DNA from: Heptranchias perlo
Lineage: Eukaryota
NCBI RefSeq assembly: GCF_035084215.1
Contig: NW_027139284.1
Location: 62,001-126,000, forward strand
Direction of reading: 5' to 3'
DNA length: 64,000 bases
This document shows, piece after piece, positions 23,401 to 35,400 of the stretch; position 1 is the stretch's first letter, and each line of letters starts with the position of its first letter. The position numbers were made by a program, and so were the translations under genes. A model generated the notes under the pieces. That model saw nothing but the letters and a program-made list of their open reading frames with translations, was not told the DNA's origin and did no database searches.

Positions 23401-26400
23401 CTGGACCTGGAATAGAGACGGGAACACGGTTAGACTGGTCTGGGATTACGGGGACTTTCAATGGGGTCATCGTCTGGAACCGGAATAGAGACGGGAACAC
23501 GGTTAGACTGGTCTGGGATTCGGGGGACTTTCACTGGGGTCATCGTCTGGACCTGGAATAGAGACGGGAACACGGTTAGACTGGTCTGGGATTACAGGGA
23601 CTTTCACTGGGGTCATCGTCTGGACCTGGAATGGAGACGGGATCACGGTTAGACTGGTCTGGGATTACAGGGACTTTCACTGGGGTCATTGTCTGGACAT
23701 TTGATCCCAAGTGTCAGTCTCCCCCCAATATCCCCACTCACCTGAGCAGGTAACCCCACTCACCTGAGCAGGTAACTCCAACGTCCTGACTGTGTGTGCA
23801 GTTATTCACCCCCCATGGGTTGGCAGGGCACTGATCGAGGGCAGGCTCTGTCCCATTACACCTCACATCATCCAACCAGATGGGCCCAGTCCCCTCTCCA
23901 TATTGGGCGGCTGTTGTTGCTGACAGGGCTGTCCCACAGTTCAACAGTCTGCAGACGACACTCGCTGCGTTTAAATCCCAGCCATTATCGCAGACGGTCC
24001 CCCAGACGGAGTTACAATAGACCTCAACTCTCCCGGAGCACATGTTGTTCCCGTTCACCAGACGCACGGGCACCGGACCTGGAACAGAGACGGGAACACG
24101 GTTAGACTGGTCTGGGATGACGGGGACTTTCACGGGGGTCATCGTCTGGACCTGGAATAGAGACGGGAACACGTTTAGACTGGTCTGGGATTACGGGGAC
24201 TTTCACTGGAGTCATCGTCTGCAAATTTCGGCCAAGGTGTCAGTCTCCTCCCAATATCCCCACTCACCTGAGCAGGTAACTCCACTCACCTGAGCAGGTA
24301 ACTCCACTCACCTGAGCAGGTAACTCCAGCGTCCTGACTGTGTGTGCAGTTATTCACCCCCCATAGGTTGGCAGGGCACTGATCGAGGGCAGGCTCTGTC
24401 CCGTTACACCTCACATCATCCAACCAGATGGGCCCAGTCCCCTCTCCATATTGGGCGGCTCTTGTTGCTGACAGGGCCGTCCCACAGTTCAACAGTCTGC
24501 AGACGACACTCGCTGCGTTTATATCCCAGCCATTATCGCAGACACTACCCCAGACGGAGTTACGATAGACCTCAACTCTCCCGGAGCACATGTTGTTCCC
24601 GTTCACCAGACGCACGGGCACCGGACCTGGAATAGAGACGGGAACACAGTTAGACTGGTCTGGGATTACGGGGACTTTCACTGGGGTCATCGTCTGGACC
24701 TGGAATAGAGACGGGAACACGGTTAGACTGGTCTGGGATTACGGGGACTTTCACTGGGCTTATCGTCTGGACCTGGAATAGAGACGGGAAGACGGTTGGA
24801 CTGGTCTGGGATTTCGGGGACGTTCACCGGGGTCATCGTCTGGACATTTGGGCCCAGGTGTCAGTCTCCTCCCAATATCCCCACTCACCTGAGCAGGTAA
24901 CTCCACTCACCCGAGCAGGTAACTCCACTCACCTGAGCAGGTAACTCCACTCACCTGAACAGGTAACTCCAATGTCCTGACTGTGTGTGCAGTTATTCAC
25001 CCCCCATGGGTTGGCAGGGCACTGATCGAGGGCGGGCTCTGTCCCGTTACACCTCACATCATCCAACCAGATGGGCCCAGTCCCCTCTCCACATTGGGCG
25101 GCTCTTGTTCCTGACACGGCCGTCCCACAGTTCAACAGTCTGCAGACGACACTCGCTGCGTTTCTATCCCAGCCGTTGTCGCAGACGGTCCCCCAGACGG
25201 AGTTACGATAGACCTCAACTCTCCCGGAGCACATGTTGTTTCCGTTCACCAGACGCACGGGCACCGGACCTGGAATAGAGACGGGAACACGGTCAGACTG
25301 GTCTGGGATTACGGGGACTTTCACTGGGGTCATCGTCTGGACCTGGAATAGAGACGGGAACACGTTTAGACTGGTCTGGGATTACGGGGACTTTCACTGG
25401 GGTCATCGTCTGCACCTGGAACAGAGACGGGAACACGTTTAGACTGGTCTGGGATTACGGGGACTTTCACTGGGGTCATCGTCTGCAAATTTCGGCCAAG
25501 GTGTCAGTCTCCCCCCAATATCCCCACTCACCTGAGCAGGTAACCCCACTCATCTGAGCAGGTAACTCCACTCACCTGAGCAGGTAACTCCACTCACCTG
25601 AGCAGGTAACCCCACTCACCTGAGCAGGTAACTCCAGCGTCCTGACTGTGTGTGCAGTTATTCACCCACCCTGGGTTGGCAGGGCACTGATCGAGGGCAG
25701 GCTCTGTCCCATTGCACGTCACATCATCCAACCAGATGGGCCCAGTTCCCTCTCCATAGTAGGCGGCTCTTGTTCCTGACAGGGCCGTCCCACAGTTCAA
25801 CAGTCTGCAGACGACACTCGCTGCGTTTATATCCCAGCCATTATCGCAGACGGTCCCCCAGACGGAGTTACGATAGACCTCAACTCTCCCGGAGCACATG
25901 TTGTTCCCGTTCACCAGACGCACGGGCACCGGACCTGGAATAGAGACGGGAACACGTTTAGACTGGTCTGGGATTACGGGGACTTTCACTGGGGTCATCG
26001 TCTGGTCCTGGAATAGAGACGGGAACACGGTCAGACTGGTCTGGGATTACGGGGACGTTCACTGGGGTCATCGTCTGGACATTTGGGCCCAGGTGTCAGT
26101 CTCCTCCCAATATCCCCACTCACCTGAGCAGGTATCTCCATTCGCCTGAACAGGTAATCCCACTCACCTTCGCAGGTAACCACACTCACCTGAGCAGGTA
26201 ACCGCACTCACCTGAGCAGGTAACTCCACTCACCTCAACAGGGAACTCCACTCACCTGAGCGGATAACCCCACTCACCTGAGCAGGTAACTCCAGCGTCC
26301 TGACTGTGTGTGCAGTTATTCACCCCCCATGGGTTGGCAGGGCACTGATCGAGGGCAGGCTCTGTCCCGTTACACCTCACATCATCCAACCAGATGGGCC

Positions 26401-29400
26401 CAGTCCCCTCTCCATATTGGGCGCCTCTTGTTGCTGACAGGGCCGTCCCACAGTTCAACAGTCTGCAGACGACACTCGCTGCAATTATATCAAAGCCGTT
26501 GTCGCAGACGGTCCCCCAGACGGAGTTATGATAGACCTCAACTCTCCCGGAGCACATGTTGTTCCCGTTCACCAGACGCACGGGCACCGGACCTGGAATA
26601 GATACGGGAACACGGTTAGACTGGTCTGGGATTACGGGGACTTTCACTGGGGTCATCGTCTGGACCTGGAATAGAGACAGGAACATGGTTAGACTGGTCT
26701 GGGATTACGGGGACTTTCACTGGGGTCATCGTTTGCAAATTCCGGCCAATATGTCAGTCTCCTCCCAATATCCCCACTCACCTGAGCAGGTAACCCCACT
26801 CACCTGAGCAGGTAACTGCAGCGTCCTGACTGTGTGTGCAGTTATTCACCCCCCATGGGTTGGCAGGGCACTGATCGAGGGCAGGCTCTGTCCCGTTACA
26901 CCTCACATCATCCAACCAGATGGGCCCAGTCCCCTCTCCATATTGGGCGGCTCTTGTTCCTGACAGGGCCGTGCCACAGTTCAACAGTCTGCAGACGAAA
27001 CTCGCTGCGTTTATATCCCAGCCATTATCGCAGACGCTCCCCCAGATGGAGTTACGATAGACCTCAACTCTCCCAGAGCACATGTTGTTCCCGTTCACCA
27101 AACGCACGGGCACCGGACCTGGAAGAGAGACGGGAACACGGTTAGACTGGTCTGGGATTACGAGGATGTTCACTGGGGTCATTGTCTGGACATTTGGGCC
27201 CAGGTGTCAGTCTCCTCCCAATATCACCACTCACCTCAACAGGTAACTCCACTCACCTGAGCACGTAACCCCACTCACCTGAGCAGGTAACCGCACTCAC
27301 CTGAGCAGGTCACTCCACTCACCTGAGCAGGTAACCCCACTCACCTGAGCAGGTAACTCCAACGTCCTGCCTGTGTGTGCAGTTATTCACCCCCCATGGG
27401 TTGGCAGGGCACTGATCAAGGGCAGGCTCTGTCCCGTTACACCTCACATCATCCAACCAGATGGGCCCAGTCCCCTCTCCATATTGGGCGGCTCTTGTTG
27501 CTGACAGGGCCGTCCCACAGTTCAACAGTCTGCAGACGACACTCGCTGCGTTTATATCCCAGCCATTATCGCAGACGGTCCCCCAGACAGAGTTATGATG
27601 GAACTCAACTCTCCCGGAGCACATGTTGTTCCCATTCACCAGACGCACGGGCACCGGACCTGGAATAGAGACGGGAACACGGTTAGACTGGTCTGGGATT
27701 AAGGCGACTTTCACTGGGGTCATCGTCTGGACCTGGAATAGAGACGGGAACACGGTCAGACTGGTCTGGGATTACGGGGACTTTCACTGGGGTATTGGTT
27801 TGCAAATTCCGGTCAAGATGTCAGGCTCCTCCCAATATCCCCACTCACCTGAGCAAGTAACTCCACTCACCTGAGCAGGTAACCCCACTCACCTGAGCAG
27901 GTAACCCCACTCACCTGAGCAGGTAACTCCACTCACCCGAGCAGGTAACTCCACTCAACTGAGCAGGTAACTCCACTCACCTGAGCAGGTAACTCCAGCG
28001 TCCTGACTGTGTGTGCAGTTATTCACCCCCCATGGGTTGGCAGGGCACTGATCGAGGGCAGGCTCTGTCCCGTTACACCTTACATCATCCAACCAGATGG
28101 GCCCAGTCCCCTCTCCATAGTCAGCGGCTCTTGTTCCTGACAGGGCCGTCCCACAGTTCAACAGTCTGCAGACGACTCTCGCTGCGTTTATATCCCAGCC
28201 GTTGTCGGAGACGGTCCCCCAGACGGAGTTACGATAGACCTCAACTCTCCCGGAGCACATGTTGTTCCCGTTCACCAGACGCACGGGCACCGGACCTGGA
28301 ATAGAGACGGGAACACGGTTAGACTGGTCTGGGATTACGGGGACTTTCACTGGGGTTATCGTCTGGACCTGGAATAGAGACGGGAACACGTTTAGACTGG
28401 TCTGGGATTACGGGGACTTTCACTGGGGTCATCGTCTGGACCTGGAATAGAGACGGGAACAAGTTTTGACTGGTCTGGGATTACGGGGACTTTCACTGGG
28501 GTCATCGTCTGCAAATTTCGGCCAAGGTGTCAGTCTCCCCCCAATATCCCCACTCACCTGAGCAGGTAACCCCACTCACCTGAGCAGGTAACTCCAGCGT
28601 CCTGACTATGTGTGCAGTTATTCACCCCCCATGGGTTGGCAGGGCACTGATCAAGGGCAGGCTCTGTCCCGTTGCACGTCACATCATCCAACCAGATGGG
28701 CCCAGTTCCCTCTCCATAGTAGGCGGCTCTTGTTCCTGACAGGGCCATCCCACAGTTCAACAGTCTGCAGACGACACTCGCTGCGTTTATATCCCAGCCA
28801 TTATCGCAGACAGTCCCCGAGACGGAGTTACGATAGACCTCAACTCTCCCGGAGCACATGTTGTTCCCGTTCACCAGACGCACGGGCACCGGACCTGGAA
28901 TAGAGACGGGAACACGGTCAGACTGGTCTGGGATTCCGGGGACTTTCACTGGGGTCATCGTCTGGACATTTGGGCCCAGGTGTCAGTCTCCTCCCAATAT
29001 CCCCACTCACCTGAACAGGTAACCCCACTCACCTGAGCACGTAACCCCACTCACCTCAACAGGTAACTCCACTCACCTTAGCAGGTAACCCCACTCACCT
29101 GAGCAGGTATCTCCACTCACCTGAGCAGGTAACTCCAGCATCCTGACTGTGTGTGCAGTTATTCACCCCCCATGGGTTGGCAGGGCACTGATCGAGGGCA
29201 GGCTCTGTCCCATTACACCTCACATCATCCAACCAGATGGGCCCAGTCCCCTCTCCATATTGGGCGGCTCTTGTTGCTGACAGGGCCGTCCCACAGTTCA
29301 ACAGTCTGCAGACGACTCTCGCTGCGTTTATATCCCAGCCGTTGTCGGAGACGGTCCCCCAGACGGAGTTACGATAGACCTCAACTCTCCCGGAGCACAT

Positions 29401-32400
29401 GTTGTTCCCGTTCACCAGACGCACGGGCACCGGACCTGGAATAGAGACGGGAACACGGTTAGATTGGTCTGGGATTACGGGTACTTTCAATGGGGTCATC
29501 GTCTGGACCGGGAATAGAGACGGGAACACGGTCAGACTGGTCTGGGATTACGGGGACTTTCACTGGGGTTATCGTCTGGACCTGGAATAGAGACGGGAAC
29601 ACGTTCAGACTAGTCTGGGATTACGGTGACTTTCACTGGGGTCATCGTCTGGACCTGGAATAGAGACGGGAACACGTTTAGACTGGTCTGGGATTACGGG
29701 GACTTTCACTTGGGTCATCGTCTGCAAATTTCGGCCAAGGTGTCAGTCTCCTCTCAATATCCCCACTCACCTGAGCAGGTAACTCCAGCGTCCTGACTGT
29801 GTGTGCAGTTATTCACCCCCCATGGGTTGGCAGGGCACTGATCGAGGGCAGGCTCTGTCCCGTTACACCTCACATCATCCAACCAGATGGGCCCAGTCCC
29901 CTCTCCATAGTCAGCGGCTCTTGTTCCTGACAGGGCCATCCCACAGTTCAACAGTCTGCAGACGACACTCGCTGCGTTTATGTCCCAGCCATTATCGCAG
30001 ACAGTCCCCGAGACGGAGTTACGATAGACCTCAACTCTCCCGGAGCACATGTTGTTCCCGTTCACCAGACGCACGGGCACCGGACCTGGAATAGAGACGG
30101 GAACACGGTCAGACTGGTCTGGGATTACGGGGACGTTCACTCGGGTCATCGTCTGGACATTTGGGCCCAGTTGTCAGTCTCCTCCCAATATCCCCACTCA
30201 CCTGAGCAGGTAACTCCATTCGCCTGAACAGGTAACCCCACTCACCTGAGCAGGTAACCACACTCACCTGAGCAGGTAACCGCACTCACCTGAGCAGGTA
30301 ACTCCACTCACCTCAACAGGTAACTCCACTCACCTGAGCGGATAACCCCACTCACCCGAGCAGGTAACCCCACTCTCCTGAGCAGGTAACTCCACTCACC
30401 TAAACAGGTAACCCCACTCACCTGAGCAGGTAACCCCACTCACCTGAGCAGGTAACTCCAGCGTCCTGACTGTGTGTGCAGTTATTCACCCCCCATGGGT
30501 TGGCAGGGCACTGATCGAGGGCAGGCTCTGTCCCGTTACACCTCACATCATCCAACCAGATGGGCCCAGTCCCCTCTCCATATTGGGCGGCTCTTGTTGC
30601 TGACAGGGCCGTCCCACAGTTCAACAGTCTGCAGACGACACTCGCTGCAATTATATCAAAGCCGTTGTCGCAGACGGTCCCCCAGACGGAGTTATGATAG
30701 ACCTCAACTCTCCCGGAGCACATGTTGTTCCCGTTCACCAGACGCACGGGCACCGGACCTGGAATAGAGACGGGAACACGGTTAGACTGGTCTGGGATTA
30801 CGGGGACTTTCACTGGGGTCATCGTCTGGACCTGGAATAGAGACGGGAACACGGTTAGACTGGTCTGGGATTACGGGGACTTTCACTGGGGTCATCGTTT
30901 GCAAATTCCGGCCAAGATGTCAGTCTCCTCCCAATATCCCCACTCACCTGAGCAGGTAACCCCACTCACCTGAGCAGGTAACTCCAGCGTCCTGACTGTG
31001 TGTGCAGTTATTCACCCCCCATGGGTTGGCAGGGCACTGATCGAGGGCAGGCTCTGTCCCATTACACCTCACATCATCCAACCAGATGGGCCCAGTCCCC
31101 TCTCCATAGTAGGCGGCTCTTGTTCCTGACAGGGCCGTCCCACAGTTCAACAGTCTGCAGACGAAACTCGCTGCGTTTATATCCCAGCCATTATCGCAGA
31201 CGGTCCCCCAGACGGAGTTACGATAGACCTCAACTCTCCCGGAGCACATGTTGTTCCCGTTCACCAGACGCACGGGCTCCGGACCTGGAATAGAGACGGG
31301 AACACGGTTAGACTGGTCTGGGATTACGGGGATGTTCACTGGGGTCATCGTCTGGACATTTGGGCCCAGGTGTCAGTCTCCTCCCAATATCACCACTCAC
31401 CTGAGCAGGTAACTCCACTCACCTGAGCAGGTAACTCCACTCACCTGAGCAGGTAACCCCACTCACCTGAGCAGGTAACCCAACTCACCTGAGCAAGTAA
31501 CCCAACTCACCTGAGCAGGTAACCCCACTCACCTGAACAATTAACCCCACTCACCTGAACAATTAACCCCACTCACCTGAGCACGTAACCCCACTCACCT
31601 GAGCAGGTAACTGCACTCTCCTGAGCAGGTAACCGCACTCACCTCAACTGGTAACTCCACTCACCTGAGCACGTAACCCCACTCACCTGATCAGGTAACT
31701 CCACTCACCTGAATTGGTAAACCCACTCACCTGAACAGGTAACTCCACTCACCTGAGCAGGTAACCCCACTCACCTGAGCAGGTAACTCCACTCACCTGA
31801 GCAGGTAACTCCAATGTCCTGACTGTGTGTGCAGTTATTCACCCCCCATGGGTTGGCAGGGCACTGATCGAGGGCAGGCTCTGTCCCGTTACACCTCACA
31901 TCATCCAACCAGATGGGCCCAGTCCCCTCTCCATATTGGGCGGCTCTTGTTCCTGACAGGGCCGTCCCACAGTTCAACAGTCTGCAGACGAAACTCGCTG
32001 CGTTTATATCCCAGCCATTATCGCAGACGGTCCCCCAGACGGAGTTACGATAGACCTCAACTCTCCCGGAGCACATGTTGTTCCCGTTCACCAGACGCAC
32101 GGGCACCGGACCTGGAATAGAGACGGGAACACGGTTAGACTGGTCTGGGATTACGGGGACTTTCACTGGAGTCATCGTCTGGACCTGGAATAGAGACGGG
32201 AACACGGTTCGACAGGTCTGGGATTACGGGGACTTTCACTGGGGTCATGGTCTGGACCTGGAATAGAGACGGGAACACGGTTAGACTGGTCTGGGATTAC
32301 GGGGACTTTCACTGGGGTCATCGTCTGGACCTGGAATAGAGACGGGAACACATTTAGACTGGTCTGGGATTACGGGGACTTTCACTGGGATCATCGTCTG

Positions 32401-35400
32401 GACATTTGGGCCCAGGTGTCATTCTGCTCCCAATATCCCCACTCACCTGAGCAGGTAACTCCACTCACCTGAGCAGGTAACCCCACTCACCTGAGCAGGT
32501 AACTCCAGCGTCCTGACTGTGTGTGCAGTTATTCACCCCCCATGGGTTGGCAGGGCACTGATCGAGGGCAGGCTCTGTCCCGTTACACCTCACATCATCC
32601 AACCAGATGGGCCCAGTCCCCTCTCCATATTGGGCGGCTCTTGTTGCTGACAGGGCCGTCCCACAGTTCAACAGTCTGCAGACGACTCTCGCTGCGTTTA
32701 TATCCCAGCCATTGTCGCAGACGGTCCCCCAGTCGGAGTTACGATAGACCTCAACTCTCCCGGAGCACATGTTGTTCCCGTTCACCAGACGCACGGGCAC
32801 CGGACCTGGAACAGAGACGGGAACACGGTTAGACTGGTCTGGGATTACAGGGACTTTCACTGGGGTCATCGTCTGGACCTGGAATAGAGACGGGAACACG
32901 GTTAGACTGGTCTGGGATTACGGGGACTTTCACCGGGGCCATCGTCTGGACCTGGAATAGAGACGGGAACACGGTTAGACTGGTCTGGGATTACGGGGAC
33001 TTTCACCGGGGTCATCGTCTGGACCTGGAATAGAGACGGGAACATGGTTAGACTGGTCTGGGATTACGGGGACTTTCACTGGGGTTATCGTCTGGACCTG
33101 GAATGGAGACGGGAACACGGTTCGACTGGTCTGGGATTACGGGGACTTTCACTGGGGTCATCGTCTGGACCTGGACTTGAGACGGGAACACACTTTGACT
33201 GGTCTGGGATTACGGGGTCTTTCACTGGGGTCATCGTCTGGACATTTGGACCAAGGTATCAGTCTCCACCCAATATCCCCATTCACCTGAGCAAGTAACC
33301 CCACATCCCCGAGCAGGTAACTCCACTCACCTGAGCAGGTAACCCCACTCACCTGAGCAGGTAACCCCACTCACATGAGCAGGTAACCCTCACTCACCTG
33401 AGCAGGTAACTCCACTCACCCGAGCAGGTAACTCCACTCACCTGAGCAGGTAACTCCAGTGTCCTGACTGTGTGTGCAGTTATTCACCCCCCATGGGTTG
33501 GCAGGGCACCGATCGAGGGCAGGCTCTGTCCCGTTACACCTCACATCATCCAACCAGATGGGCCCAGTCCCCTCTCCATAGTCAGCGGCTCTTGTTGCTG
33601 ACAGGGCCGTCCCACAGTTCAACAGTCTGCAGACGACACTCGCTGCGTTTATATCCCAGCCATTATCGCAGACGGTCCCCCAGACGGAGTTACGATAGAC
33701 CTCAACTCTCCCAGAGCACATGTTGTTCCCGTTCACCAGACGCACGGGCACCGGACCTGGAATAGAGACGGGAACACGGTCAGACTGGTCTGGGATTACG
33801 GGGATTTTCATTGGGGTCATCGTCTGGACATTTGGGCCCAGGTGTCAGTCTCCTCCCAATATCCCCACTCACCTGAGCAGGTAACCCCACTCACCTGAGC
33901 AGGTAGCCCCACTCACCTGAGCAGGTAACTCCACTCACCTGAGCAGGTAACTCCAGCGTCCTGACTGTGTGTGCAGTTATTCACCCCCCATGGGTTGGCA
34001 GGGCACTGATCGAGGGCAGGCTCTGTCCCGTTACACCTCACATCATCCAACCAGATGGGCCCAGTCCCCTCTCCATATTGGGCGGCTCTTGTTGCTGACA
34101 GGGCCGTCCCACAGTTCAACAGTCTGCAGACGACACTCGCTGCGTTTATGTCCCAGACATTGTCGCAGACGTTCCCCCAGACGGAGCTACGATAGACCTC
34201 AACTCTCCCGGAGCACATGTTGTTCCCGTTCACCAGACGCACGGGCACCGGACCTGGAACAGAGACGGGAACATGGTTAGACTGGTCTGGGATTACGGGG
34301 ACTTTCACTGGGGTCATCGTCTGGACCTGGAATTGAGACGGGAACACGGTTAGACTGGTCTGGGATTACGGGGACTTTCACTGGGGTCATCGTCTGGACC
34401 TGGAATAGAGACGGGAACACGGTTAGACTGGTCTGGGATTACGGGGACTTTCACTGGGGTCATCGTCTGGACCTGGAATCGAGACGGGAACACGGATAGA
34501 CTCTGAGATTAGCAACAGGAACGATATAGGAACAGGAGGAGGCCATTCAGCCCCTCTCGCCTTTTACTTTCGGAACAGGAGGAGGCCATTCAGCCCATCG
34601 AACCATTCAGTCTGATCATGGCTGATCTGTGTCCTATCTCCATTTACCCTCCTTGGTTCCCTGTCCCTCGATACCCTTTACCCAACAAAAATCCATCGAT
34701 CTCAGTCTTGAAAGCTCCAACTGACCCCCAGAATCCACAGCTTTTTCGGGGGAGAGAGTTCCAGATTCCCACTCCCCCTTTGTGTGAAGAAATGCTTCCT
34801 GACATCGCCCCTGAACGGGCCGAGCTCCAATTTTAAGATTCTTCCCCCTTGTTCTGGACTCCACCCCCCAGAGGAAATAGTTTCTCTCTCTCGACCCTAT
34901 CAAATCCTTTAATCATCTTAAACCCCTCGATTAGATCCCCCCTTAATCTTCTATACTCGAGGGAACACAAGTCTAGTCTGTGTGACCCGTCCTCGTAATT
35001 TAACTCTTTTATCCCCGGGTATTATTCTGGTGAATCTGTGCCCCCCTCCCCTCCAAGGCCAATCTATCCTTCCTGAGGGGTGGGGCCCAGAATGGAACCC
35101 GGTATCAGTCTGAGTCAGTCTTGCTGTCCTGGAACCCAGTATCAGTCTGAGTGAGTCTTGCTGTCCTGGAACCCAGTATCAGTCTGAGTCAGTCTTGCTG
35201 TCCTGGAACCCAGTATCAGTCTGAGTAAGTCTTGCTGTCCTGGAACCCAGTATCAGTCTGGGTAAGTCTTGCTGTCCTGGAACCCAGTATCAGTCTGAGT
35301 AAGTCTTGCTGTCCTGGAACCCAGTATCAGTCTGAGTCAGTCTTGCTGTCCTGGAACCCAGTATCAGTCTGAGTAAGTCTTGCTGTCCGAGAGTTGTGAT

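Larger units (their letters stand above)
7345..33938 (-). repeat. Interspersed arrays of the 22-bp splice-donor repeat (GTTACCTGCTCAG|GTGAGTGG[A/G]) after the SRCR exons
   Basis: Plus-strand unit cactcacctgagcaggtaac(t/c)c, 1 to ~19 copies per intron. Confidence 0.95.
7766..34502 (-). repeat. Interspersed arrays of the 73-bp splice-acceptor repeat before the SRCR exons
   Basis: Minus-strand unit GTCCAGACGATGACCCCAGTGAAAGTCCCCgtaatcccagaccagtctaaccgtgttcccgtctctattccag, 1-6 copies per intron. Confidence 0.95.

Noticed and set aside
7434-34347. ORF-track 131-146 aa ORFs as separate small single-SRCR genes
   Set aside because: Their N- and C-terminal extensions ([10 protein letters not shown]..., GEWSYLLR) are intronic repeat sequence beyond canonical splice sites. 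There are no signal peptides, and many starts are non-ATG.
7345-34502. CRISPR-like or prokaryotic repeat-spacer array
   Set aside because: The repeats are head-to-tail with no unique spacers, the intervening units are homologous exons, there are no cas genes, and the context is eukaryotic.
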